The notes: generated by a model from the letters alone, not told the origin. A stretch of DNA of 64,000 nt from an uncultured Candidatus Poseidoniales archaeon (GCA_964585295.1 CAZPCY010000004.1:90786-154785); one strand, 5' to 3'; shown: positions 44,240 through 54,195, numbered from the stretch's first letter. A program made the numbers and translations.

Positions 44240-44360
44240 GCACCCACCCCATCATGACGTGTTCTTCAGCCTGTCCCGCGCTTCCCCCCGAAGGGGGGCG
44301 TTCAAATACGGGTCCCATGTCGGCGGACCTGCTCAGGCGGATGTCCGGGAGAGGGTGCGA

Positions 44361-45383
44361 ATGGCGAGCAAGGGTGCTTCGGCTAGGGCAGCGGCCCGCA
44401 AGCAGCGGGACAAGTGGAAGTCGAAGCGCTGGTACGACATCCGTGCTCCTCGTAACCCTTGGTCATACCGCGTAATCGGCGAGACCTTGGGAGAAGAGGA
44501 TGAGATTGTCGTTGGCCGCATCTTCGAGATGACCCAGCACGAGTTAGACGGCGATTTCAGTCGAATGCATGTCAAACTCCGATTTCGAATCACCGAGACC
44601 CTGAACTCCGACGCACTCACCGAGTTCATCGGACATTCGATGATGAAGGACCACATGCGTCGACAGGTCCGTCGCTACCGAGGAAAGGTGGACGATGTCA
44701 TCGATGTGGTAACCGTCGATGGATACCACATCAGGATTAAGCCGTTGATTATCAGCCAGCGAAGAATCAACACGAGTCGAAAGGCGGCAATGCGGGAAGC
44801 GACGCGAGACGTCATTCTCCAGATGTCGGGAACTAGCACATGGGTGGACCTGCAGCGAGTGATACTGGATGGAACCATGGAACGTTCGATCAACGACGCC
44901 GCCGGCAAGATCCACCCCGTGCGCAATGTGATGATTCGCAAGTCCGAACTATGCCAGAGCGGTGTGGTCGTCGATGACGGCCCGAGCCTCGACGAGATAG
45001 TCGCTGAGGAAGAGCGCGCTCGTGCGGCCGAAGCAGTCGCAGCAGAAGCGTCCTCTCAATCAGATGTCCTCGCAGCCGCCGAGGCGAGCGAGGCGATTAG
45101 TGAGACGGTCGCGGATGACGCCGAAGAGGTATCCGACCCCGAGAAGGATGGCGACCTCCTAGAGGCGGAAGCCGAGATAGCTCCTGAAGATGAGGGGGAG
45201 TCAGAGGCCGATGCACCGGCGGAGGATGATGGGGGAGAGGCGGTCGAGGAATCCGAGATAGAATCCTCTAGCGAAGAGGACCTAGGATCATTGACGGTCG
45301 CCGAGTTGAAGGAGAGGTTGAAGGCTGCTGGGAAGCCAGTCTCCGGAAAGAAGGCCGAACTCATCGCGAGACTGCTTGAGTGA
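44361..45383 (+). CDS. rps3ae: Ribosomal protein eS1 (S3Ae) with acidic C-terminal extension ending in a SAP-like motif
   Basis: KSKRWYDIRAPRNPW ... VGRIFEMTQHEL ... KLRFRI core. The extra tail is Glu/Ala-rich and ends LTVAELKERLKAAGKPVSGKKAELIARLLE. Confidence 0.85.
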   Translation: MASKGASARAAARKQRDKWKSKRWYDIRAPRNPWSYRVIGETLGEEDEIVVGRIFEMTQHELDGDFSRMHVKLRFRITETLNSDALTEFIGHSMMKDHMRRQVRRYRGKVDDVIDVVTVDGYHIRIKPLIISQRRINTSRKAAMREATRDVILQMSGTSTWVDLQRVILDGTMERSINDAAGKIHPVRNVMIRKSELCQSGVVVDDGPSLDEIVAEEERARAAEAVAAEASSQSDVLAAAEASEAISETVADDAEEVSDPEKDGDLLEAEAEIAPEDEGESEADAPAEDDGGEAVEESEIESSSEEDLGSLTVAELKERLKAAGKPVSGKKAELIARLLE

Positions 45384-45425
45384 ACGCGACAGCCTGAAGG
45401 TCGCTCCCCTACCCCGGCCATCCAG

Positions 45426-46253
45426 ATGCGTCGCCTAGGTGTGCTATGTGGAACCGGCATGAGCGATTTGCAAGCCGCCTTCCCAAGCGATTCGGATTTG
45501 TTGGTGACCTCGACCGAATCAGTCCGAGTCGAATCACCTTGGGGCATCGTCCCACTCGATCTCGTGACCATCAAAGAAGGTGATACAGAGGCCAAACTGG
45601 GATTCGTGCAGAGGCACCATTCGCCTGATGGAAAGACCACGCCACCGCACGTCATCGAGCATCGGGCGAACGTGCATGCGATTCTCTCGATGGCCCCTGA
45701 AGCAATCGTCAGCATCAACGCCGTAGGATCGATGCATCCAGATCTGCCACCCGGATCCATCGGCCTCGCGACACAGGTTCTCGATTTGACTGGCAGAGTG
45801 TGGACCTTCAACGATCTCGATGCCATCCATGCTGACATGACATCGCACTTCGACCGGGCCCTGTCGGATGTCTGCCGTGCAGCCATCATCTCATGTGGTC
45901 AAACCAAGGTGGCAGATGCAGTCGTCGCGCAGATGGTCGGCCCACAGTTCGAGAGCAGCGCCGACATCGTGGCACTGAAATCGCTCGGTGCTGATGCCGT
46001 CGGGATGACCTTGGCTGGTGAGGTCCGTCTCCTAGCCGAGGCGAAGCATCACCCTGATCGAGTACCTGTCTGCAAATCCGAGTCACCAGCGGTTCGTCAT
46101 GTGGGCCTCTCGATATCATCGAATTGGGCGGCTGGCGAGGTCGACGCCGACATCGATCACGATTCTGCAGAGGCGACAGCTGCGAATCAGCATGGCAGGA
46201 TATGGAGCGCGCTTCTCGCCATCCTTGACGACCTCAATCATCCCGAAGGTTGA
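45426..46253 (+). CDS. mtnP: Purine nucleoside / 5'-methylthioadenosine phosphorylase family
   Basis: FVQRHHSPDGKTTPPHVIEHRANVHAIL and GPQFESSADIVALKSLGADAVGMTLAGEV. Confidence 0.7.
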   Translation: MRRLGVLCGTGMSDLQAAFPSDSDLLVTSTESVRVESPWGIVPLDLVTIKEGDTEAKLGFVQRHHSPDGKTTPPHVIEHRANVHAILSMAPEAIVSINAVGSMHPDLPPGSIGLATQVLDLTGRVWTFNDLDAIHADMTSHFDRALSDVCRAAIISCGQTKVADAVVAQMVGPQFESSADIVALKSLGADAVGMTLAGEVRLLAEAKHHPDRVPVCKSESPAVRHVGLSISSNWAAGEVDADIDHDSAEATAANQHGRIWSALLAILDDLNHPEG

Positions 46254-46279
46254 ACGAGCGCGAATCACGCCGCCTTACC

Positions 46280-46705
46280 ATGACATCGAGGACCACCGGC
46301 GTGGTTGATTGGATGGATCACCCCGCCCAATCGCGAGTGCCGGATGAGGGAGAGGCGGGAAAGGCAGACGGTTCGTTCGATACGATGATGGCCAGAGTGG
46401 CGAGATTCCACGCCAAGCACGACTTCGCCTCTCCGGAGAACAACGGACATGACATGAGATATCGAATCGCTCTTTGCATTGAGGAGTTGGGTGAGCTCTC
46501 AGCAGCCATCACGAAGGGAAAGCCAGCCGAGGAAGCAGCAGAGGAACTCACTGACCTATTCATCCTGCTGCTTGGCAATGCACTTGCGATGGAGGTCGAC
46601 CTAGAGAGCGAGTTCCATCACAAGATGGACCGGATAATGCTCCGTCCATCGAAGCGAGGTGGGATGGGCATCCGAGTCACTGAATATACTGGGGACGAGT
46701 CATGA
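46280..46705 (+). CDS. MazG-like nucleotide pyrophosphohydrolase
   Basis: EELGELSAAITKG ... EELTDLFILLLGNA (EExxE ... ExxD helices). Start ATG 46280 chosen; the listed TTG start at 46250 overlaps the upstream stop. Confidence 0.55.
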   Translation: MTSRTTGVVDWMDHPAQSRVPDEGEAGKADGSFDTMMARVARFHAKHDFASPENNGHDMRYRIALCIEELGELSAAITKGKPAEEAAEELTDLFILLLGNALAMEVDLESEFHHKMDRIMLRPSKRGGMGIRVTEYTGDES

Positions 46706-47188
46706 TTCAGGCTTACTAAACAAATCATCCACGGAGGGTCGCACTCCCAGCCTCCATTCGGCAATCCACAGGCTGAGACAGACGCCTCCAATCTGTGCGA
46801 ACATCCTGAATACATGTCCGGTGGGCGAAAGAGATGCACCGTCTCCCAGCTTTACATCGTATATCCACATGTACAGATTGGCCGGATACAGCGCCACTAG
46901 CAGAGCAGCGCTGGCATAACCACCGAGTTTCCTCGTCCTTGGCAGCATCAAACCGATCCCTACTACTATCTCTACTACTCCGCTAACTATCACCCAGAAA
47001 GCCGCAGAGCCAAGAATAGGGGGTACTATTGGCTCAAACCAACTGGTATCGGTGAAGTGGAGAACTCCGACATACGTGAAGAACAGCCCACCTGCTATGG
47101 CGAATAGGCCACGCCCATTCATCTCATTCCAGAGCCCAGATCGAAGAATTGGAGGCATACTTGTCGTTCTCGGTAGCCATCGGGTCAA
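46700..47188 (-). CDS. DoxX-like four-helix membrane protein
   Basis: Four TM helices. LLVALYPANLYMW and VVEIVVGIGLMLPRTR resemble DoxX-like proteins. Confidence 0.5.
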   Translation of the reverse strand: MTRWLPRTTSMPPILRSGLWNEMNGRGLFAIAGGLFFTYVGVLHFTDTSWFEPIVPPILGSAAFWVIVSGVVEIVVGIGLMLPRTRKLGGYASAALLVALYPANLYMWIYDVKLGDGASLSPTGHVFRMFAQIGGVCLSLWIAEWRLGVRPSVDDLFSKPES

Positions 47189-47715
47189 GAGCGCCTGAGA
47201 ACCACATGGGTGGATGGGAATTCGTCATCCTCACCGGCTGGCAGTTCGGCGACAACTTCCCTATCCCATTCATCGCCTAGTTCGCAGAATAGGGCGTCGT
47301 CTGGTTTCAGTGAAGCATCATCATGGACGATGGTCATGATGATCTCATCGACTCGTTCAAGGAATAGTTCGTAGATTGATGCGCCGCCGATTATCCAGCA
47401 CTCCTCGCAGCCGTATGCGAAGGCTATCTCCAACGCTCGCCCTGGATATAGGGCAACCTCAGCATCCTCGCCGTCCGATGGCCTCCAATCGGTGTCCCTG
47501 CTCATCACCACATTCACGCGCTCGGGCAGCGGCCGGAACGAATCCGGAAGACTACCCCATGTCTTGCGCCCCATGATCACCGCGCTCGTATCGTCTCCAT
47601 CTCCGAGTGTAAGCCGCTTGAATCGGGCCATGTCGGTGGCCAGCCTCCACGGCAAGCCACCGCCTCGACCAATCACTCGCGCCTCGTTCATCGCGACTAT
47701 CATCCGGATGCGCAT
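47185..47715 (-). CDS. folA: Dihydrofolate reductase
   Basis: MIVAMNEARVIGRGGGLPWRLATDMARFKRLT ... VIMGRKTWGSLP ... WIIGGASIYE. Confidence 0.88.
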   Translation of the reverse strand: MRIRMIVAMNEARVIGRGGGLPWRLATDMARFKRLTLGDGDDTSAVIMGRKTWGSLPDSFRPLPERVNVVMSRDTDWRPSDGEDAEVALYPGRALEIAFAYGCEECWIIGGASIYELFLERVDEIIMTIVHDDASLKPDDALFCELGDEWDREVVAELPAGEDDEFPSTHVVLRRS

Positions 47716-47721
47716 CTTGGA

Positions 47722-48516
47722 TCACACCGAGATTGGGGCTGGGATGTGGGTGTGGCTGACATAGTCGACGATGGTGATGTCGTCGTAGGTGAAGTCGTCA
47801 ATCAAGCGGCAATGCGGTGATAGCAACACCTTGGGTGGCTCGAGTGGCGTTCTAGAGACCTGCTCTCGAGCTTGGTCGAGATGGTTGAGGTAGAGGTGTG
47901 CATCGCCGATGGAGTGGACGAAGTCACCGGGTCGCAGATCGCATACGCTCGCCATCATGCAGAGGAGCAGGCTGTAGGAGGAGATGTTGAACGGCACTCC
48001 TAGGAAGACATCGGCAGAACGCTGGTAGAGATGGAGTGAGAGTTCTCCGTTGGCCACGTGGAACTGGAAGAAAGCATGGCAGGGCATTAGGGCCATCTCG
48101 TCCAATTCACCAACATTCCAAGCGCTAACGATTATCCTGCGGCTCTCAGGTTCGTTCCTAATCAGATCGATGGCCCTCTCGAACTGGTCGATTACGCGAC
48201 CGTCCGAGCATTCCCATCGACGCCATTGCTTACCATACACCGGCCCCAGATCACCAGCCTCATCGGCCCACTCGTTCCAGATCCTAACACCGTTGTCCCT
48301 CAGGTATCGGACATTAGTGTCGCCACTGATGAACCAGAGTAATTCGTGGATTATGCTCGGCCAATGCACCCGCTTGGTGGTGATGGCTGGAAGGTGCCTT
48401 CGCACATCGAATCTCATCTGATGACCGAACACTCCGATGGTACCAGTTCCCGTGCGATCGTCGCGCTCGACCCCCTCCGAGAGGATGCGCTTGATCAGGT
48501 GCAGGTATTGGTCCAT
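47722..48516 (-). CDS. thyA: Thymidylate synthase (ThyA type)
   Basis: [48 protein letters not shown]. Confidence 0.95.
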   Translation of the reverse strand: MDQYLHLIKRILSEGVERDDRTGTGTIGVFGHQMRFDVRRHLPAITTKRVHWPSIIHELLWFISGDTNVRYLRDNGVRIWNEWADEAGDLGPVYGKQWRRWECSDGRVIDQFERAIDLIRNEPESRRIIVSAWNVGELDEMALMPCHAFFQFHVANGELSLHLYQRSADVFLGVPFNISSYSLLLCMMASVCDLRPGDFVHSIGDAHLYLNHLDQAREQVSRTPLEPPKVLLSPHCRLIDDFTYDDITIVDYVSHTHIPAPISV

Positions 48517-48612
48517 GCCGACGCCGGGACTCGCGGCACGCGTGACGGTTCATCAACGAGTCGGCGCAGACGACTCTGGTTCATCGGTGCAAATCTAGAC
48601 CCAGAGTCTTCT

Positions 48613-49389
48613 TCAAGGCGCACCCAATGCTCTCAGGCTCTCGATGAACTGGTCGGTGAACGATCGATACAGCTTGCTCATCGATGCCCTTCTCTCCTCT
48701 TCCGATGCGGCCAGTATTGACGATATCTTCTCATCATCGAATGCCCCACCTCTCGGATGACGAAGCCATTCCCTCCAAGTGATCGACTCCCCGACATGTA
48801 TGTCGATTCGCGCGAAAGGCCTGAATCTCGACGAACCGGGAGCGAGCATGTCACGCGCACCCACCAATGCAACTGGGTGGACCGGCATGTCGGGGAAGGT
48901 CGCAGCGAGCCTTGCTACGCCGGTCTTACCGCGTTGCAGGTACGGTGCCTCTTGACTCCGTGACCTAGTCCCCTCGGGGAACAGTCCCATCGGAGATCCA
49001 GCGGAGAGGATGTCGGAGGCGCGGGCGAGGGCATCGGATGCACCCGCTTGCCGATCGGTCTCCAACTGCCCAGTCCAGAGCATCACCTGTCGGATTCCCG
49101 GTACTGAGAAGTGTTCCTTCTTGGAGAGAAAGCGGAGTGGCCTGCGAACCCCGATTATCTCGATCAACGGATCGACGTGTGATGTGTGGTTGCCAGCGAT
49201 GATTACCGCTCCACGCTTGGGAACGCGTTCGAGGCCGGTGAATCTCAGCCGCAGAAACGATCGCACGGTGCAAGGAAGGAGTCGTACGAGGAACGGGAAC
49301 ATCGGAGTGAAAGGAACCCCACGACCAGTTCCCTCGACCCCCACTTCATCGGCGAGCCGCTGCACCATGTCGACACTCATAGGCAACAT
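48613..49389 (-). CDS. plsC: 1-acyl-sn-glycerol-3-phosphate acyltransferase-like (PlsC family)
   Basis: Acyltransferase motifs AGNHTSHVDP (HX4D) and GLFPEGTRS. Confidence 0.75.
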   Translation of the reverse strand: MLPMSVDMVQRLADEVGVEGTGRGVPFTPMFPFLVRLLPCTVRSFLRLRFTGLERVPKRGAVIIAGNHTSHVDPLIEIIGVRRPLRFLSKKEHFSVPGIRQVMLWTGQLETDRQAGASDALARASDILSAGSPMGLFPEGTRSRSQEAPYLQRGKTGVARLAATFPDMPVHPVALVGARDMLAPGSSRFRPFARIDIHVGESITWREWLRHPRGGAFDDEKISSILAASEEERRASMSKLYRSFTDQFIESLRALGAP

Positions 49390-49448
49390 CCTTGCTGCGT
49401 TGCGGATCCCACTTCATACTGCCGCAGGGGCGTGGCACGAAGCCTTGA

Positions 49449-50750
49449 TTGAAGCGTTCGGGCGCGGTCGGGGGGATGCAAGCGCGAGCAGCCTCCGCCA
49501 TGACGACGCTGCTTCTGTCTGCGCTGTTTGCGTCCTTCTGCTCCGAGATCACTTTGGCGTCCGTGGATGATGGATTCGATTCCAGCGAATGGGATGCTGA
49601 CGGGTGGTTGGGTGCCATCATAGGGCCCGAACTTCTCGCACGTGGTGACGAATTCGGATGTCACGGAATACCTAGGGTTGACCCAAGGGAGGACCACAGC
49701 GTATTCAGCCAGTGCACCGCTTATCTCGGGATGCACACCGAAGCATCGAGGTGGGGTGCTGACCCGCTCTCGTTCGGATTTGAATCCGGCAACCTTGCCG
49801 CCGATGATTCGAGCGCTGCGTACGATGCCGGCTTCCGTGTCATAGGCCCTGGAGTCGAGCTGGAGATTGGCTCTCGCCTTACAGCGGTGACCGAGGATGG
49901 TGGTACTCTAGAGAGGAACATTGCCGACACTGATACAATGCAGGCAGCCATCTTCGCGGCGCAGGGAGGTGGCTTGGTTTCGATTTCTTGGCAGGATCGA
50001 ATCGGCGACCTGAATGTCCGCAAAGATTCCGAGGCAATCGAGTGGCTGGAGGCTCAATCAGTTTGGTTCACCACCTGGGGTGAGTGGTGGAGTCACTCGC
50101 AGGCGAGTCGGCGAATCGCCCCGATTGATGGAATCGAAGGGAATCAAATTAGGTTCCATCACCCCATGGCAATCGACCACTCATGGTCGACTCCGGGCAC
50201 CATACGGGTCGAGGTCATCGATACCGGCGTAACCATCGTCGATGTCATCTGGTCGAACGGAACCAGCCTTCCATCGATATCCATCGATGAACGTCATCTG
50301 AGAGTCGGCTGGCGCTCCTTGGATGATGATGCTGCAGTGATAACCTCTCCACCGGGAGTAAACTTCACTATCGAGTTGTCAGATACATCCGCTTCGTCCT
50401 ATGCCAATGCCTCGTTCAATGGCATAGAGACCGCCGTCTCTATCGTGGGTCTACACACCACCGACTTGATGGAGTGGTCGTCCGGTTTCTCGAATTCCCC
50501 CATGAGATTCACATGGCTTGTCGAGCCGGGTGTGAAGGAAGGGCTCGATGCCGGATTGCTTGTATTGGCGGGAGTCACCCTTGTGGCCACAGTGGCGACG
50601 ATGCTCCATTTGGTTCAACGTGAGGAGAGGGCCAATGAGCATGACTCCCGTTTGGAACATGCGCATAGTGGAGAGATGCTCGATGGTCCCGCACCACCGC
50701 TTAGGGGCGTATCCGTGCGCGACCAGGTTCCGGCCGACGATGAGGAATGA
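49449..50750 (+). CDS. Secreted protein with C-terminal TM anchor, unknown function
   Basis: Signal-like TTLLLSALFASFCSEITLA; C-terminal LLVLAGVTLVATVATMLHL followed by a charged tail. Confidence 0.5.
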   Translation: MKRSGAVGGMQARAASAMTTLLLSALFASFCSEITLASVDDGFDSSEWDADGWLGAIIGPELLARGDEFGCHGIPRVDPREDHSVFSQCTAYLGMHTEASRWGADPLSFGFESGNLAADDSSAAYDAGFRVIGPGVELEIGSRLTAVTEDGGTLERNIADTDTMQAAIFAAQGGGLVSISWQDRIGDLNVRKDSEAIEWLEAQSVWFTTWGEWWSHSQASRRIAPIDGIEGNQIRFHHPMAIDHSWSTPGTIRVEVIDTGVTIVDVIWSNGTSLPSISIDERHLRVGWRSLDDDAAVITSPPGVNFTIELSDTSASSYANASFNGIETAVSIVGLHTTDLMEWSSGFSNSPMRFTWLVEPGVKEGLDAGLLVLAGVTLVATVATMLHLVQREERANEHDSRLEHAHSGEMLDGPAPPLRGVSVRDQVPADDEE

Positions 50751-50816
50751 GCACCCACCGCCTTCGCACGCCGTAGGGTTGATGCCCCCGAGTCCGGCGG
50801 ATATGGAGCGAGAGAG

Positions 50817-52199
50817 ATGGCGGACGAAGTTTCCATCGACCCTTGGTCTTCCTCTCAGTCGACCGACTACGATGCAATCCGAACGAAATTCGGACTGAGC
50901 GATATTGATGCATCCACACTCCCCTCGCCCTCCACCCTGCACAGGCGTGGAATCGTCTTCGCCCACCGGGATCTAGACATCGTCCTCGATGCCCAGCGTT
51001 GTGGTGATCCGTTCGGTGTGCTAACTGGTCTCATGCCTTCCGGGAGGATGCACCTAGGACACAGCATGGTCATTGAACAGGTGCGTTGGTTCCAGTCTAT
51101 CGGCGCCGATGTCACAATCGCTGTCGCCGATCTTGAAGCGCATGCGACCAGAGGGATGTCACTCGACGATTGTCGAAGGAATGCTCTACAGGAATATGTC
51201 CTGAACTACGCCGCTTTGGGACTGGATCCAGAACGGACCGAGGTATATTTCCAGAGCACACGGCATTTGGTTCAGAGGATGGGATTCACCCTCGGGAAGA
51301 AGACCAATCTGTCGGAGTTTGAGGCAATCTATGGATTCCAAGGTGAGACAAATCTGGCACATGTGCAAGCACCCTTGGTTCAAGCGGGGGACATCCTCCA
51401 TCCTCAACTTGAGGAGTATGGCGGCCTCCGCCCGATTGTAGTTCCAGTGGGTGTTGATCAGGACCCTCATCTCCGGCTGACGAGGGGGCTGGCGGCGAAG
51501 ACGAACTGGTTCAATGTCAAGCCAAGGAAATCCGGCGGTCTATCCATTGGCCTCTCGGTTCAGGATGACAACGCTTCGGCTCTGGGAGTCGAGGAAAGAG
51601 GGCGCATCAATCGCGATCGACGAGGCGAGGTAATCGGCCGACTCACCTCTGCTCTCTCCGACTTGGGATTCGCAGACCTAATACCCAACCCAAAGCATGG
51701 ATTGGTCGAGATTCCCGCCGCCACCAGCGAAGACAGAGATCGTATACGAATGGCAACCTTGAGCCTCGAGCGGGAAATGGGTGGCCTCGGACTGCTGCAG
51801 CCGTCGTCCACCTACCATCGCTTCGCCATCGGGATGACGGGCGACAAGATGAGCAGCAGCCAGCCCGAGACCACGATCTTCCTCGACGATGATTCGGCCG
51901 CGGTGGAACGGAAGGTCAAGCGGGCCGTCAGCGGTGGGAGGACCACAGTCGAAGAGCATCGAAGAGAAGGCGGGGATTGCGAGCGAGATGTAGCGTTCCA
52001 GTACCTTCGGTTCTTCTTCGAGAGCGATGACGAAGCATTGGCGGAGATTCGATCCGGCTATGAGAGCGGCCGCCTTCTCTCGGGGGATGTGAAGAGGATC
52101 TGTACCGAAGCAGCGACCGCGTGGCTCGAGGATCTAGCAGAAAAGAGGGATGCGATGGCCGATTCGTTGGATCTATTTCTTGCCGAGGACGCTCGCTGA
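50817..52199 (+). CDS. trpS: Tryptophanyl-tRNA synthetase (archaeal/eukaryotic type) with internal insertion
   Basis: IDPWSSSQSTDYDAIRTKFG N-terminus, HIGH-type GRMHLGH, KMSKS-type DKMSSS, VGVDQDPHLRL. Confidence 0.8.
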   Translation: MADEVSIDPWSSSQSTDYDAIRTKFGLSDIDASTLPSPSTLHRRGIVFAHRDLDIVLDAQRCGDPFGVLTGLMPSGRMHLGHSMVIEQVRWFQSIGADVTIAVADLEAHATRGMSLDDCRRNALQEYVLNYAALGLDPERTEVYFQSTRHLVQRMGFTLGKKTNLSEFEAIYGFQGETNLAHVQAPLVQAGDILHPQLEEYGGLRPIVVPVGVDQDPHLRLTRGLAAKTNWFNVKPRKSGGLSIGLSVQDDNASALGVEERGRINRDRRGEVIGRLTSALSDLGFADLIPNPKHGLVEIPAATSEDRDRIRMATLSLEREMGGLGLLQPSSTYHRFAIGMTGDKMSSSQPETTIFLDDDSAAVERKVKRAVSGGRTTVEEHRREGGDCERDVAFQYLRFFFESDDEALAEIRSGYESGRLLSGDVKRICTEAATAWLEDLAEKRDAMADSLDLFLAEDAR

Positions 52200-52219
52200 T
52201 TCCAATTGAGCCTCTATCC

Positions 52220-52837
52220 TTAATCCACACGTTCTGCTTCGTCAACGTCCATAATCGGGATCTCGGGTCCAACGGCTAATCCACATCTCTCATCTTCGGT
52301 CAATTCACGTGGCTTAGCATCTTCGTGGAGAATCTGACTGTGCCCTGCCGGATCGAGAATGGTGAGAGTGGCGCTGGAATCATTCTCAACGGATTTGATT
52401 GCTTGGAGCGATGCGATAATCCGAGTGATCCGTACTATCGAATCTGGATCGGCATCCAGATCCCCTTCTAGGTCCCGCTTCACCATCTCGCATATACCCT
52501 TGAATCTCTCAAGGACGCCCTCCACATTGCTCACATAACCACTAGAATGGCTGCCCGGCTCCACCTCCAGCCCCAATTCCTCCAGCCGGACGGTTGCGTG
52601 CGCACCCCGAACGACCCTCGCTCGCAGGTGTGATGAGTCTTCGATCACCAAGGTCCAGACTCCTGGTTTGCTGCCTTCGGACGGAATGAAGTCGGTGTGC
52701 TTCCAGCCGCATCCGTCGCAGGAGATGGTTAGTTGCGTATGCTCTCCGAAGTACGGGATTCCGTCGCTGTGGACGATCATGCTCAGAACACCTTCGTCTT
52801 GACAAATCGGACACGGTTGCTCGATTGTGGACTCCAT
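52220..52837 (-). CDS. ZPR1-type zinc-finger protein
   Basis: CPICQDEG ... IPYFGEHTQLTISCDGCGWKHTD, then a beta-rich domain of the COG1779 pattern. Confidence 0.7.
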   Translation of the reverse strand: MESTIEQPCPICQDEGVLSMIVHSDGIPYFGEHTQLTISCDGCGWKHTDFIPSEGSKPGVWTLVIEDSSHLRARVVRGAHATVRLEELGLEVEPGSHSSGYVSNVEGVLERFKGICEMVKRDLEGDLDADPDSIVRITRIIASLQAIKSVENDSSATLTILDPAGHSQILHEDAKPRELTEDERCGLAVGPEIPIMDVDEAERVD

Positions 52838-52854
52838 GCGCGCACCTCCGCGCC

Positions 52855-53250
52855 TCAGGGCTCCGCTTCGACTCCGGAGACACCGCGGAACGATGGCGGT
52901 AGTAGAAGGATCCTCGAATCGCCGAGTTGCACGATCTCTCCTCCAAGGTCGGATTCGATGAAGGTCTGCAACCTAGCGATTGCCTCCTTGAACTCCGTAC
53001 CTCGATTCATCAGGCGTCGCATCTCAACGATCACCATATCTCCTTGGGCTAGCCAATCGAGCAGGTGATCAATCCCGGTCAGGTCATGGAGCAACGCTCT
53101 GTGTATCAGGACATCCCCCACGCCTCTGGGAACCGGAGCAAGAGGGTGTCTGAGTCCGAGATCGTGGTAGATCTCTCCAGGGGTTGGGGAATCGTGGTCG
53201 CGTTGCAGGCTCGGGACATCGATCCAACGAGGTCCGCCGCGCTCCTCCAT
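52855..53250 (-). CDS. sepF: Archaeal SepF-like cell-division protein
   Basis: C-terminal LAQGDMVIVEMRRLMNRGTEFKEAIARLQTFIESDLGGEIVQLGDSRILLLPPSF parallels Haloferax SepF (GNLVIADITRH ... VDGDIVQKGDDQIIITP). Start at the internal ATG 53250. Confidence 0.6.
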   Translation of the reverse strand: MEERGGPRWIDVPSLQRDHDSPTPGEIYHDLGLRHPLAPVPRGVGDVLIHRALLHDLTGIDHLLDWLAQGDMVIVEMRRLMNRGTEFKEAIARLQTFIESDLGGEIVQLGDSRILLLPPSFRGVSGVEAEP

Positions 53251-53472
53251 GAAGGACGCTCGCAGCCGTCGCCCCTCAAGATTCCGATGTCCTGTTCGCA
53301 AGGATGCATGAATGATGCACATGATTCAAAGAGCGATTCAGCATCCAACCGAAGGACATCGAGGAATCGAGGTTCGAGGCCGTCCGAATGCGCACCTTCG
53401 GCGGATTGATAAGGGGCCGTCGAATGGTCATGGGCGTCAAGACCGAAGTCCGGTCTAGGCGGTGAGTTGGAG

Positions 53473-54099
53473 ATGGAACAAGGCATGGACGCGGTGAAGA
53501 CCGGCACCAGCACGATTGGTATCACGTACAACGGTGGGGTCATCGTTGGAGCCGACCATCGTGCCACCATGGGACACTTCGTCGCTAACAAGAGCGTACA
53601 GAAGTTGTTCCGCATCGGCGACAATATCGCGCTCACTACCGCTGGCCTCGTCGGTCATGCACAGTCCCTGTCGAGGACACTCGCCGCGGAACTCAACCTG
53701 TTCACACTGAAGAGAGACAGGCAGATGACCGTGAAGGGTGCAGCGACTCTGACCGCGAACATCCTCGTGGGCAGGCCTCACTGGGTTCAACTTCTGATTG
53801 CCGGAGTGGATGGCGAGGGCAGCCATGTCTACAGCATCGACTCGGCGGGTGGCTCGATTCCAGATCTCTACTGCGCGACCGGATCCGGATCGCCTTACAT
53901 GTATGGTGTCCTAGAGGACCAGTTCAAAGAGGGCATGAAGGAGCGGGAAGCGCTGACCGTTGCCGCCAAGGCCCTGCTGGCCAGCGCGCAACGAGACGCC
54001 GCGAGCGGCAATGGCATGGATCTAGCGATAATCAGCGAGAAGAACGGCTTCGACATGCTCTCGAAGGATGCAATCGAGAAGCTGCTCGCAAGCCTGTGA
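53473..54099 (+). CDS. psmB: Proteasome subunit beta
   Basis: Propeptide followed by GTSTIGITYNGGVIVGADHRAT. The listed ORF begins with TTG at 53467. Confidence 0.9.
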   Translation: MEQGMDAVKTGTSTIGITYNGGVIVGADHRATMGHFVANKSVQKLFRIGDNIALTTAGLVGHAQSLSRTLAAELNLFTLKRDRQMTVKGAATLTANILVGRPHWVQLLIAGVDGEGSHVYSIDSAGGSIPDLYCATGSGSPYMYGVLEDQFKEGMKEREALTVAAKALLASAQRDAASGNGMDLAIISEKNGFDMLSKDAIEKLLASL

Positions 54100-54195
54100 C
54101 ATCACTTTCCCCACCGTTGGTCCTTGTGGCCAACGATGTGCTCGGCCGATGCCGAGCCCTTGCGGGGGAGGCACCATCAGAAGGAGTTCGATGAG

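Noticed and set aside
45056-45889. 277-aa minus-strand ORF spanning the S3Ae tail and the phosphorylase gene
   Set aside because: It bridges two well-supported plus-strand genes and its translation is Ser/Ala-rich low complexity, so it is a shadow ORF.
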